A stretch of DNA of 64,000 nt from Macrostomum lignano (lineage: Eukaryota), in NCBI GenBank assembly GCA_002269645.1, contig NIVC01000070.1, forward strand, positions 124,001 to 188,000, written 5' to 3'. Made by a program: the position numbers and the translations under genes. The notes under the pieces are model-generated. The model was not told the DNA's origin, did no database searches, and saw nothing but the letters and a program-made list of their open reading frames with translations. Every line of letters begins with the position of its first letter. The stretch's first letter is position 1. Positions 36,605-49,171 of this stretch are shown piece by piece.

Positions 36605-37239
36605 TCCAATATACTAAAAATGGTCTGTCTGTGTCTATCTATCTATCTATCTATGTGATCGATTAGAGAAAAAATGGCTGGACCGATTTTGTTCGAACTT
36701 GCACTGTTCGATCAGAAATTTTCCCGTGACGGTACATGCATCGTGGCTAAGAAATTGCTCGATGCTAAAGGCATTAAATATTCGAAAAACATGCTTTTTT
36801 GCAAAGGTCAAGCAAACTTTTCGACTTACATGTAAAATGAATTGTAAGAATGCTAGAGAAAAAACTGACTGGTTGAATTCTGATTCTGAAATAGATTGCA
36901 TCATAACTGAATTGTAGCTCCGATTTGAATTGAAAATGCAGTGTGGAAGCGTAGCACCAGACTTGATTTAAATTGCGTAACCATATTGTTAACTGATACT
37001 GACTGACTGAGAAACTGATTATGTCATAACTGCTTCGTGTGATTTACTCTCTCCTTGGATTTTAAAGTGTTGAATTATATAAGTGCAAAATTTGATGTTA
37101 TCAAAACGATGAGAGCTAGCCTAGAGGTGTACAAACTGAACTGCTAAATGCAGTTTGGTTCAAATTGGTTCGAATTTTCATAGAGTATAATTTTTTTAAT
37201 TAAAGCTTTTCAACGTCAGGAAAACTAAAAGACTTTTTA

Positions 37240-38530
37240 AAAAGAAGCGTCATGTAAAAATCGTAGAAGCATCATTTAAAAATCATAGAAGCGTTATTTA
37301 AAAAAATCATAAAAGCGTCATGTAAACAATCATAGAAGCGTCATGTAAACAATCATAGAAGCGTCGATCATGTAAACAGTCATAGAAGCGTCATGTAAAC
37401 AATCATAGAAGCGTCATCTAAAAAGTCATAGAAGCGTCATGTAAACAATCATAGAAGCGTCATGTAAACAATCATAGAAGCGTCATGTAAACAATCATAG
37501 AAGCGTCATGTAAACAATCATAGAAGCGTCATGTAAAAAATCATAGAAGCGTCATGTAAACAATCATAGAAGCGTCATGTAAAAATCATAGAAGCGTCAT
37601 GTAAAAATCATAGAAGCGTCATGTAAACAATCATAGAAGCGTCATGTAAACAATCATAGAAGCGTCATGTAAACAATCATAGAAGCGTCATGTAAACAAT
37701 CATAGAAGCGTCATGTAAACAATCATAGAAGCGCCATGTAAAAAATTGTAGAAGCGTCATGTAAAAAATTGTAGAAGCGTCATGTAAACAATCATAGAAG
37801 CGTCATGTAAACAATCATAGAAGCGTCATGTAAACAATCATAGCAGCGTCATGTAAACAATCATAGAAGCGTCATTTAAAAAATCATAGAAGCGTCATGT
37901 AAAAAATCATAGAAGCGTCATGTAAAAAATCATAGAAGCGTCATGTAAACAATCATAGAAGCGTCATGTAAAAAATCATAGAAGCGTCATGTAAACAATC
38001 ATAGAAGCGTCATGTAAACAATCATAGAAGCGTCATGTAAACAATCATAGAAGCGTCATGTAAACAATCATAGAAGCGTCATGTAAACAATCATAGAGGC
38101 GTCATGTAAACAATCATAGAAGCGTCATGTAAACAATCATAGAAGCGTCATGTAAAAAATCATAGAAGCGTCATGTAAACAATCATAGAAGCGTCATGAA
38201 AAATATCATAGAAGCGTCATGTAAACAATCATAGAAGCGTCATGTAAAAAGCTAAGAGGCGTCATGTAAAAAGCATAGAAGCGTCATGTAAAAAGCATAG
38301 AAGCGTCATATAAAACTCATAGAAGCGTCATTTAAAAAATTATAGAAGCGTCATGTAAACAATCATAGAAGCGTCATGTTAAAAATCATAGAAGCGTAAA
38401 AAATCATAGAAGCGTCATGTAAACAATCATAGAAGCGTCATGTTAAAAATCATAGAAGCGTCATGTAAAAATCATAGAAGCGTCATGTAAACAATCATAG
38501 AAGCGTCATGAAAAAATCATAGAAGCCTCA
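37240..38530 (+). repeat. 23-nt satellite (GTCATGTAAACAATCATAGAAGC)n inside H3
   Basis: More than 50 near-identical tandem units. Confidence 0.95.
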
Positions 38531-39462
38531 TTAAAAACTAATGAAAGTGTCATTTAAAAAATTAAGAAGCATCATGGTAGAATAAAAGAAGCGTCATGTC
38601 AGATATGAAAGGTGTCATGTAAAAATTAAATGAAGCTATAGTGCTGGGCTAGGGAGAAAAACTGAGACGTCAAGGCTCACAGAGAATAACTGAGATTACA
38701 GGGGTGGGGTTTCTGAGATGTCAAAGCAAAAGTCAGAAGCTACTTCAAAGTTCATGTACTTTACTCAATTTTTTTATTACATTCTTTGTTGGCTCGCCAC
38801 AGGGGGGGGGGCGCTGATAGAAGAAGAGTCATGTAAAAAATAAAAGCACTATGTATACATAAAAGAAGAGTCATGTCGAAGTTAAAAGATTCATTTGGGA
38901 ATTGCTACGATGTCAAAGCTAGGTGGAAATCGTTATAGTGCTGTGATTCTTAAAGAAGGAATCACTAAAATGTCAAGGCTTAGGGGAGAAGAATTGCTGA
39001 GATTTCAAGACTTTTGGTTGGGTTAAAGTTAGGTTTAGGTCAGGTTTGGGTTGAGGGTTATATTTTATCGGGTTTCAAGGTTAACGGGGGGTTTTTTAGA
39101 TTTCAAGGTTTATGGAGGCCATCGCTGACATGTCAAGGCTTACGGGGGGAATAGCTGACATGTCAAGGCTTACGGGGGGAATAGCTGACATGTCAAGGCT
39201 CACGGGGGTATAAATGAGATTTCAAGGTTAAAGTCAGAAGCTACATGTAGTTTATTGAAAACTTTTTATTACATTATTTGATGCCTCCTCAGGGGAGGGA
39301 TCGCTGATAAAAAAGCGTAATGTAAAAAATAAAAGAAGCTTCATGTCGAAGTTAAGAGATGCATTTGGGAATCCCTACGATGTCGAGGCTTGCAGGGAAT
39401 CGCTATAATGCTGTAGTAGTGCTATAATGACTCTTAGAGAGAATTACTGAAATGTCAATGCT

Positions 39463-39553
39463 TTAGGGTTAGGTTAGGGTTAGGGTTAGGTTAGGGTTAG
39501 GGCTAGGGTTAGGGTTAGGGTTAGGGTTAGGGTTAGGCTAGGGTTAGGGTTAG
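39463..39553 (+). repeat. Interstitial telomeric repeat (TTAGGG)n, ~15 units with TTAGG/CTAGGG variants
   Basis: Read directly; a degenerate version also occurs at about 39015-39060. Confidence 0.95.
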
Positions 39554-40221
39554 AAGGTTGACAGATATTTTTAGATTTCCAAGGCTTATTGGGGGGCATT
39601 GCTGAGATGTCAAGGGGGGAAGTTGATATGTTAAAGCTTGTGGGGGGGGGATTACTGACATTTCAAAGCTGACAAGTTTTGACAGGAGATTTTTTAAGAT
39701 TTCAAGAATACATGTAGCTTATTAAAAAAACGTGTATTGCATTTCTTTGGCTCCCCAACGGGGGGCGTAGATTGCTAGTTATTTTGGCTCAAAAGCACGG
39801 AAAACATTACAGGCTAAAAAGCCTGCTTTATATTGAACTTCTGGTTATCGATCGGCATACTCACCGCACCCCCCAACCCGCGCTAGCAAGTACATGCAGC
39901 GAGAGAGAGAAAAACCGAAACAACGCAACCCAGCCCCGCCCCCAGCGCGCACGCAGGCCAAGCTATCACATCCCTCCATGCCAAGACAAAAGCAACAGAA
40001 CTGGCAACAAAAAAGAAAAAAACCCTTCACCCAAAAAAACAATCAGTCACGGTGAGATCAAGTTCACTGTTAGTTCAGTCGATCCGGAGCCCTTGTAGTC
40101 CTCTCCGAACGCCGCAGCATCGGGAGCGGCAGCGGCGGCGGCGGCAGCGGCGGTGGTGGCAGCGGCGGCGGTGGCAGCGATGGCGGCGGAGGTGGCGCTT
40201 CCGACGTTGTCACCGACGGAG

Positions 40222-41442
40222 TCAGAAGCTGTGGCGCCGCCCCACTTGACTGGGCCGATCCTGCCGCTTGCTCAGGTGGGATGACCGCCGGCACCAGGTG
40301 GTCGGCATGCCGCCGCACGATGCGCTCGTCGGGCAGGCGGCACTCGTAGGACAGCGGCCCGGTCTGGCGGCTGGCGGTCTGGCCGGCACCCACTTCTCCG
40401 GACCGTTGAAGTCGCGCACCAGGACACCGTCGCCTTCTTCGAAGTTGCGATCCCTGGCTCGCAGGTCGTGGTACTCCTTTTGCGAGTCTTGGCTGCGCCT
40501 GACTGTAGCAGAGACATCGGGCCGCACGATGTCTAGAAGCGTCCGCAGCTGCCTGCCCATCATCAGCTGGCAGGGTGGAGCACCGGTTGTGCTGTGAGGA
40601 GTGACCCGGTAGGTCAGCAGGAACCGAGCTAGCCGAAACTGCAGGGACGCCGGCCGCCCCTTCGCCAGGGCCGCCTTTACCGTCTGGACCGCTCGCTCGG
40701 CCAATCCGTTGGACGATGGATGATATGGAGCCACTTTGATGTGCCGGATGCCGTTACTGGCCAAGAAGTTGCTCATCTCTTGGCTCACGAAATTCGGACC
40801 GTTGTCGCTCACTACGACCTCTGGCAATCCCAGCTGACTGAAAGTCCTTCTCAGCCGATCGATGGTGGCAGCACTGGTGGCTGACTGGCAAATGTGGACT
40901 TCAATCCATTTGGAATGAGCGTCCACCAGTACTAACAGCATTTTTCCCTCGACTGGTCCAGCGTAGTCCATCTGGATCCGGGACCACGGCTTGTCCGGCC
41001 ACGGCCACGGCTGCAGGAGGGCTGGCGGCGGGCAGTTCTGATGACGCTGGCACTCACCGCAGTTCTGCGACATCTGCTCGATGTCCCGGTCCAATCCCGG
41101 CCACCAGAAATATCCTCGGGCCAGGGACTTCATCCTTGAAGCTCCTTGATGGCTCTGCTGTAGACAATCGAGCAGCGCTTGTCGTCCCTGAACCGGCACA
41201 ATCACACGGTTGCCCCACAGCAGGCAGCCGTCCTCCAAGCTCATCTCTGCCGCTCTAACTGCATACGGCTGCAGTTCCGCATCCAGCCGAGGACGCTCTG
41301 GCCACCCACCCTGCACGAACCGCAGCACTCGACTGAGCAGCGGGTCCCGCCTTGTCCAGCCGCGAACCTGAGCAGCCGTCACGGGTCCCTCATTGAACGC
41401 ATCGATGAGCAGCACTACCTCAGCCGGTGACGGCGTCTCCAC
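40222..41442 (-). pseudogene. Gypsy-2 integrase (frameshifted C-terminus)
   Basis: HQGASRMKSLARGYFWWPGLDRDIEQMSQNCGECQ, IQMDYAGP, VSDNGPNF, SNGLAERAVQTVK; tail motif RRSERTTRAPDRL in another frame. Confidence 0.92.
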
Positions 41443-41476
41443 TGACTTCGTCGGCAGCGGCAGCCGACTCAGAGCG

Positions 41477-42823
41477 TCAAGCCCGCAGCAGCGAAGTTCC
41501 CTTGCGATACTGCAGTCGATACGAGTAGTTCAAAAGCAGCAGAGCCCAACGCTGAATCCTAGCCGAAGCCAGTGGTGGAATGGCCTTGCTCTCGTGTAGC
41601 AGGCCCAGTAGCGGCTTGTGGTCGCTCTTGAGCTCGAAGGTTTTGCCATAGAGGTATGCGTGGAAGTGCTTGATCCCAAAAATGATCGCCAGGGCTTCCT
41701 TCTCTGTCTGCGAATAGTTCCTCTCGGCGTCGGCGAGTGATCGGGACGCGAAGGCAATCGGCCTTTCAAGGCCATCAATGCGGTGGGAGATGACGGCCCC
41801 GACACCGTATGGCGAACTATCGCACTCCAGAATCATCTCCTTTTTGACGTCGAAATGGACAAGCGCCTGCGAGCTCAGCAGCAGCTCCTTGCTGCGCCGG
41901 AAAGCATCGGACTGCACTTTGCCCCATCGCCAGACAGTTCCTTTCTCGAGCAGCCGGTGCAGAGGAGCCAGAACGCTGGACAGGTTCGGCAGAAACCGGC
42001 CGTAATAGTTGAGGAGGCCCAAGAAACTGCGCAACTGCGTGACGTCCTTTGGAATCGGCGCGTCAACGATCGCGTTGACTTTGTCACTCATCGGATGCAG
42101 GCCCTGGGCGTCAATCCGATGCCCCAAATAGGTCACCGAATTCTCCATGAAGCGGCACTTGTCAAGCCGGCATTTCAGCCCAGCATCCTTCAGGCGCTAC
42201 AGGACGGTCTCCAGATTCTCGAGGTGCTCAGCGTCATCGGCGCCGGTCACCAACACGTCATCAATAAAGGTTGCCGTATGCTGTGCGCCTTGCAGCAGGC
42301 CGTCCATGGTTCTCTGGAAGATTCCAACTGCTGGTGAGATTCCAAACGGTAGCCTCGTATACTTCAGCAAACCCTTCGAGGTGTTGATGGTGCACAGGCA
42401 CTGAGACTCTTCGTCGAGCGGAAGCTGCATGTATGCCTGGCTGAGGTCCAGCTTGGTGAACTTTTGGCCGCCGGTGAGCTTGGCGAACAACTCCTCAATC
42501 CTTGGCAGCGGGTAGCAGTCTATCTCCACATCCTGGTTTACCGTGCACTTGAAATCCGCGCAGATTCTGACGGAGCCGTCCGCCTTCAGCACTGGCACGA
42601 TTGGGCACGCATACTCCGAATCGGAGACCGGCCGCAGGATGCCCTGCTGAATCTCCCGCTCGAGCTGCTCTTCCATCTTGGACTTCAAAGCGAAAGGTAC
42701 CTGCCGCGCCTTCATGAACTTGGGTCGCGCCCCGGGCTTCACTCGCAGTTTCAGGGGTTCACCCGTGTAGCAGCCGAGGCCACTCGAGAAAACGGGGCTG
42801 AACTTCTCTAGCAACTTCTGCAC
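41477..42823 (-). pseudogene. Gypsy-2 RT and RNase H (frameshifted)
   Basis: YACPIVPVLKADGSVRICADFKCTVN, KLDLSQAYMQL, RLPFGISPAVGIFQ, FIDDVLV; LECDSSPYGVGAV, NYSQTEKEALAI, SDHKPL. Confidence 0.92.
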
Positions 42824-43370
42824 TTGCTGATCCTTTGGAGCCGACGCTTCGGGCAGCTGCTCGGCAGCACAGCCAGCCAGTTCCTACCGATGAGGCTGGA
42901 ACCGGATCCAGATACCACTAGAAGAGGAAGAAGCTGCTTGGCTTTACCTGGAATCTCTACAGACACGCTGATCTGACCAAACACGCTGACCGGCTGTCCG
43001 CAGTAGTTCCGCAGCCGAATCGGGGTCCGCTCGAGCTCAGGAGCCCCGTCTAGCAGGTCGTGATAGGCTCTAGCCGATATCAGCGATACCGTGTCGATCT
43101 CCATCTGGCAGGACACTCCGTTGAGCAGGACCGTGGTGATGTACGGCGGTACCTTGGCAGCTGCACTGGGCAAGGTGTTCAGGGAGCAGCAGTCTTGGCT
43201 TTCCTCCTCCACGGCGGCGACTTGCGACCGCGGCTCAACTCCAGCCGAATCCGCGCCTCCTCGACAGGCTGCAGCGGTGTGCCCTATCTTGCCGCACTTG
43301 AAACAGGCCTTCTTCATGAATGGGCACTTCGCCGCCAGGTGTTTCGCTGACAGGCACCTGTAGCACCTTT
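42808..43370 (-). pseudogene. Gypsy-2 Gag C-terminus (two CCHC knuckles) and protease
   Basis: Knuckles as above; protease MEIDT(V)SLIS appears to lack residues after DT; frameshift into RT. Confidence 0.85.
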
Positions 43371-43424
43371 TCGCAGGTCGCTGAGTCGTTACCGCATTGG
43401 TCTGGCCGACTTGGCCTTGTTATT

Positions 43425-44555
43425 ATCTAGGTCTATGAAAGTTAATTAAATTACTAAACTGCAGACGATGCTGCCAAACTGCTGAGGTATTGCTAAATGC
43501 GGAGTGGTGCAAAAATCGATTAATGAGCCATACTACATTGGGCTAATTTCTACACTGTTGAAAGGATCATTGCAGTTTGCTGAGGATACTGATGCTGATA
43601 CCGATACTGATACTGATTGCTGAAGTACTTATGACTTCCTCCAGACTTATGAGTGTATAGCTGCAAACTGCTGAGGGGATAACTATCTAGAGAGTTTTAA
43701 GTGGATAATAACGGTGAAGTATTAAGTACAAGTTGTTGAGGCGATAACTGCGGACTGCTGAGTAAAGGTTAACTTCAAACTGCTGAAGTTACTAATCTTG
43801 TTGAGTAGTATAAGGATTTTTTGACCATCTATATAGTATAAGGATGTTACTGTAGACAGGCAATAACAGGCATAGGCTAAGCAGAAGGTCGGCAGTTCGA
43901 GTCTGCGTTGAAGCAGCGAATTTATCTTTGTGACCTGTGAGAATAATAATTGTCATGCAGGCATGGAGCTAAGGTAGTGGAGCTAATATAAGGGAGTGGG
44001 GGGCTAATCTGGGGGATTGGGGCTAATCTGGAGGAAGTAGCGGTGCGAATTTTTGCGGAGTGGTGCTAATCTGGGCAAGTAGTGCTAATCTGTGGAGGTG
44101 GAACTAATCTGGGAAGCGGCGGTAATCTGTGGAGCGGTGCTAATCTGGGCTGAGTGCTAATCTGGGCTGAGTGCTAATCTGGGCTGAGTGCTAATTGGGC
44201 TGAGTGCTAATCTGGGCTGAGTGCTTATTGGGCTGAGTGCTAATCTGGGCTGAGTGCTAATTGGGCTGAATGTTAATCTGGGCGCAGTGCTAATCTGGGG
44301 GAAGTGAGGCTAATGTGGGAGAATAGTGCTAATCTGGTGAGGATTTGAAAATAACGAATAGTCATAAAATAACTATGAATTAATTGACATTGCAAAGTTT
44401 CAAACATTAAGAAATGTAACTTTTTAGAGCTTAGAGATTGGCTACTGTAGAACTGCTCGGAGATTAGTGAGATTTGCTCAGCGACTGTGAAAAACTGCTT
44501 AAAGACAAGCGCTAAACTGCTATGAAGCCACCCGGGGGGGGGGCTAAATGGCTAG
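43425..44555 (+). mobile_element. 5'-truncated Helitron H4 (H1 family)
   Basis: Starts mid-element with similarity to H1 at about 32130 (TAAACTGCAGAC.ATGCTG); ends GCCACCCGGGGGGGGGGCTAAATGGCTAG like H1. Confidence 0.7.
44000..44340 (+). repeat. 17-nt minisatellite (GCTAATCTGGGCTGAGT)n inside H4
   Basis: Tandem units seen directly, homogeneous core about 44140-44270. Confidence 0.9.
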
Positions 44556-44892
44556 TGTAATCTAAATATACTAAATCCCTAAATGGCTAGTCTAATCTAA
44601 ATATACTAAATCCAATCCATCCAATCCAATCCAACTATATACTAAACGTCTGAGATCTGTCCGTCTGTCTGTCCATCTGAAACGCTCTAGAGATTGAACC
44701 GATTGACCAATTTTTATCGCGTTTTAGCTAAAAGATTCAAATTTGTCTGGAAAGAAGACAGTTAAAATTTCTTTAATCTGCTTCAATGCTAAAGGGATTA
44801 AAAATCTATCTTCCATCCAATCCAATCTAAATATACTAAATCTCTAATCTAAATATACTAAATCTCTAAGGTTTGTTTGTATGCTTATTTCT

Positions 44893-47800
44893 TCCAGTAT
44901 ACTAAAAATCAAAACTATGTACCTACCTATCTATCTATCTATAGGAACCTTCGTTTAACTTGACTTTGCGTGGTCGGAATTTCGTGGGGTTTGCTGCATT
45001 CGATGCGTATTGATGGTGCGCTGGTACACAAAATTTTGCTAAGAAATTACTTTAATTTTTAGGGATTAAATATTCGAAAAACTCGATTTTTGCCCCGTTT
45101 TTTTAAGTTTAAACAGTTTTTTTCCGATTGAGAAGCATTCTGACTGCCGATGGAATTGTATTGCATCATAACAAGTGCCAACTATAGCATTGGTTCTCTA
45201 CACTCGCGTGGAGAGCTACAAGCGTTGAAAGGTTGCGCAACAAATTTTAGCTATTGAAATTGAGGGGCGGGTGTTGCTATTCAATTAGTCCTGGGCATTG
45301 GCTTGGTTGTTAATTTCAATGCATCAACTTGCAGGCCTCTTACTGTAGCTGGCGCTGAATGTACACCTTTATGAATTTGACTGCTTTAAAGCAGGAATAT
45401 CAAACCGTTGTTTGTGCTTCAAGTTTTTCACTTTCAGAAGAGAGCCTTGTATTGCTGGAAAGAGCTTGAAACGCTGAGTTCGGGAATATAATTTCTTTGC
45501 TTAGATTAAAAAAATTAAAAGCACAGCATTAAAAAGAAGATTCCTATGAATTTTACTTTATATACTCATTGTACGCTCTCCAATATCGCAAACCCCTACT
45601 TTATCGCAACTCCACAATTCAAGCCAGCGCCATTGAATTTAGATTTAGATTGCGTAATCATATTGGTGATTTTATTTGAAACTGATACAGACTGGCTGTG
45701 AAATTTTGTCATAACTGCTTCGTGTGATTTACTCTGTGCGTGGAGTTTTGAAAGTGTTGAATTATGTAAGTGCTACAATTTATGTTATTAAAACAATGAG
45801 AGATAGCCTAAAGGTAAACAGACTGACCTGTTAATGCAGCGACGTGGGTTCGAATTTTTAAATTGTAGATGTTTTTTATTTAAAAAATTAATAATTTAAA
45901 TTTAATAAAGTTTAATTTTAAACTTTTTAGCTAAAGAAAACAAAAAAACGTCAGGTAAATCAGGCAGAAGAGAAGCTACGAGTATTCATGTAGTATATTC
46001 AAAATTTTTTATTAAACTAAGATGCCAAGGCTAAGGGGAATTGCTGAGATATCAAGACGTGAGGGGAATTGCTGAGATGTCAAGACTTACTGGGGGAATT
46101 ACTGAGATATAAGGGCTTACTGAGAGAATTACTGAGATGCCAAGGCTTAAGAGTGAATTGCTGAGATGCCAAGGCTTAAGAGTGAATTGCTGAGATGCCA
46201 AGGCTTAAGAGTGAATTGCTGAGATGCCAAGGCTTAAGAGTGAATTGCTGAGATGCCAAGGCTTAAGAGTGAATTGCTGAGATGACAAGGCTTAAGAGTG
46301 AATTGCTGAGATGCCAAGGCTTAAGAGTGAATTGCTGAGATGCCAAGGCTTAAGAGTGAATTGCTGAGATGTCAAGGCTTAAGAGGGAATTGCTGAGATG
46401 TCAAGGCTTAAGAGGGAATTGCTGAGATGCCAAGGCTTAAGAGTGAATTGCTGAGATGTCAAGGCTTGGAGGGAATTGCTGAGATGTCAAGGCTTATGAG
46501 TGAATTGCTGAGATGTCAAGGCTTAAGAGGGAATTGCTGAGATGTCAAGGCTTAAGAGTGAATTGCTGAGATGTCAAGGCTTGGAAGGAATTGCTGAGAT
46601 GTTAAGTCTTGTGGGGGGAATTCTATGGATTTGGGAATCTTTGAACGAGAGATGCTTCTAATGGATATCTCGAGGAGATGAGGGGATTCTTTGGCCAAGA
46701 ATTCTATTCATGGGCGGATTATTTGGATGAGAGATTCTTTGGATTCCTTGAATGGGGGATTCTGTTGATGGGGATTATTTGGACGTGGATTTTTGAACGG
46801 GGGTTTTTTAGATGAGGGTATTCTTTGGCCAATTATTCTTTTGATGGGAGAATCAATGGATGATGTGGATGGAGATTCTGTGGATGGGGATTCTTTGGAC
46901 GTGGATTATTTGCATGAGGATTCTTTGGAGGGAGATTCTTTAGATAGGAATGGATGGGGATGGATAGGAGGATTCTTTGGATAGGGATAAATAGGGGCAT
47001 TTTTCCGCTAGGAATGGATGGGGGATTCTTTGGATATGGATGGGTGGGGGATTCTTGGGATATGGATGGATGGGGGGTTTCTTTGGATATGGATGGGTGG
47101 GGGATTCTTTCGATGGGAATTCTGTGAATGAGAGATTCTTTAAATAGGGATTCTTTTGAAGGGGATTCTTTGCATGTGAGATGTTATGGATGGGCAATGC
47201 ATTGGATGGGAAATTCTTCAGATAGGAAAATTCCTTGAATGGGGAATTCTTTGGATCTGGGATTCTATTGATAGGGGTTCTTTGGATGGGGGATTTTTTT
47301 ATATGGATGGAGGTCGGGGATTTTTTGGATAGGGATGGATAGGGGGATTCTTCGAATCGGGGATTCTATCGATGGGGGTTCTTTGGATGGGGATTCTCTG
47401 CATGTAAGATTCTATGGATGGGCAATTCTTCAGATAGGAGAATTCCTTGAATGGGGAATTCTTCGGATCGGTGATTCTATCGATGGGAGGTTTTTTGTTC
47501 TTTGGATGGCGGATTCTTTGCATGTGAGATTCTTTGTATCGTGGATTCTACGGGTGGTGTATTCTTTGGATGAGGGATTCTTTGTATGGGAAATTCAGTT
47601 GGGTGAAATTTTATTGCGTGGGAAAACTGTGGCTGAAGTTTGGACGGAAAGCCCCAACGGGAGTTGGAATTGGCTAGCTGAGGAAATTGCTTCATTAATC
47701 TTGCTGGGGGTACTTTCTATCAGGGGATGCTTGCTATCGGAAGGACGCTTGCTCTTGGGGGATGCTTGCTCGGAAGAGAATTTTAAGATGTCAAGATTTA

Positions 47801-49171
47801 CGAGGGGAATTATTGAGATACATGTATAAAATCTTACCTTGGGGAATTAATGACGTGTGAAGGCTTAAGAGGGACTTGCTGAGGTGTCAAGTCTTGTTGG
47901 GGAATTGCTGAGATGCCAAGGCTTAAGAGGGAGTTCCTGAGATTTCAAGACTTGGGAAGGAGAATTACTCAGATGTCAAGGCTTAGGGGAATTTCTGAGA
48001 CGTCAAGGCTTGTGGGGGGAATCGCTGAGATGTGAAGGCTTAAGAGGGAATCGCTGAGATGTCAAGGCTTGTGGGGGGAATTTGTTGAGGTGTGAAGGCT
48101 TAAAAAGGAATTGCTGAGATATGAAGGCTTACTGGGAGAATTACTGAGATATCAAGGCTTGGGGAGGGGAATTACTGAGATGTCAAGGCTTTGGACGGGG
48201 AGAAATTGGTAACATGTCAAGGTTTGCGCCGGAATTGCTTAGATGTCAATGCTTGGGGAAAATTTCTGAAGTGTCGAGGCTTGGGGGAATTGCTGAGATG
48301 TTAAGTCTTGGTGGAATTCTATGGATTGATGATTCTTTGGATGAGGGATGCTTCTAATGGATAAATTTGGATAGGTGATTCATTGGGCAATTTCTTCGGA
48401 GGGGCATTGTTTCGATGGAGGGTTTTTTGAATGGGGGATTTTTTAGATGTATGATTCTTTAGATGGGGGTTATTTGAACGGGGGTTCTTTAGATGAGGGG
48501 ATTCTGGGATTCTTTGGCCAATTATTCTTTTGATGTGGGATTATTTGAGGATGTGAATTCTTTGGAGGGGGGATTTTTCGGAGGAGCAGTTTTTTGGATA
48601 TGGATGGTTGAGGGGATTATTTAGATAGGAATGGATGGGGAAATTCTTTCGATAGGGATGAATTGGAGGATTCTTGGGATAGGGATGGATGGGCGATTCT
48701 TTAGATAGGGATGGGTGGGGGATTCTTTGGATAGAGGGTTTCTGTGGATGAGGGATTTCTTGAATAAGGGATTCATTGGACGGGGAATTCTTCAGATGGG
48801 AGGATTCCTTCAATGGGGAATTCTTCGGATCGGGGATTCTATCAATGGGATGGGATGGGGATGGGACGGGAAGGATTGGTATTCTTTGCATGTGAGATTC
48901 TATGGATGGGCGACTCATTAAATAGGGAATTCTAGAGATAGAGGATTCCTTGAATGGGGAATTCTTTGGATCGGGGATTCTGTCGATGGGGGGTTCTTTG
49001 TATGGGGATTCTTTGGATGAGGGTTTTTTGCATGTGGGATTATTTGCATCAGGGATTTTATGGATGAGAGATTCTTTGGATGAAGGGTTCAGTTGGGTGA
49101 ATTTCTTTTGCGTGGGAAAACTTTGGTAGGAGTTCTGACGGAAAGCCCCAACGGGGGTTGGAATTGGCTAG
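44893..49171 (+). mobile_element. Non-autonomous Helitron H5
   Basis: 5' TCCAGTATACTAAAAATCAAAAC; 3' GCCCCAACGGGGG hairpin + AATTGGCTAG; first ~1 kb closely matches H6. Confidence 0.85.
46030..46610 (+). repeat. 29-nt satellite (GTGAATTGCTGAGATGCCAAGGCTTAAGA)n
   Basis: Period 29 measured at 46141/46170; diverged arrays of the same monomer at about 33800-34010, 39120-39220, 47860-48310, 50390-51020 and 52040-52330. Confidence 0.95.

Larger units (their letters stand above)
36605..39778 (+). mobile_element. Non-autonomous Helitron H3
   Basis: 5' TCCAATATACTAAAAATGG + (CTAT)n; 3' CTCCCCAACGGGGGG hairpin + GATTGCTAG|T at 39775-39779. Confidence 0.85.
39779..43420 (-). mobile_element. Gypsy-2: Mag-like LTR retrotransposon fragment (gag 3' end to partial 3' LTR)
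   Basis: Double CCHC knuckle CYRCLSAKHLAAKCPFMKKACFKCGKIGHTAAAC, protease, RT, RNase H, integrase; PPT GGAGGGA (39971-39977) followed by LTR start TGTGATAG (39970 leftwards); 5' gag and 5' LTR absent. Confidence 0.92.

Noticed and set aside
35170-38530. Regular 23-nt repeats resembling CRISPR arrays
   Set aside because: Units are directly adjacent with no unique spacers, there are no cas genes, and the context is eukaryotic; they are satellites.
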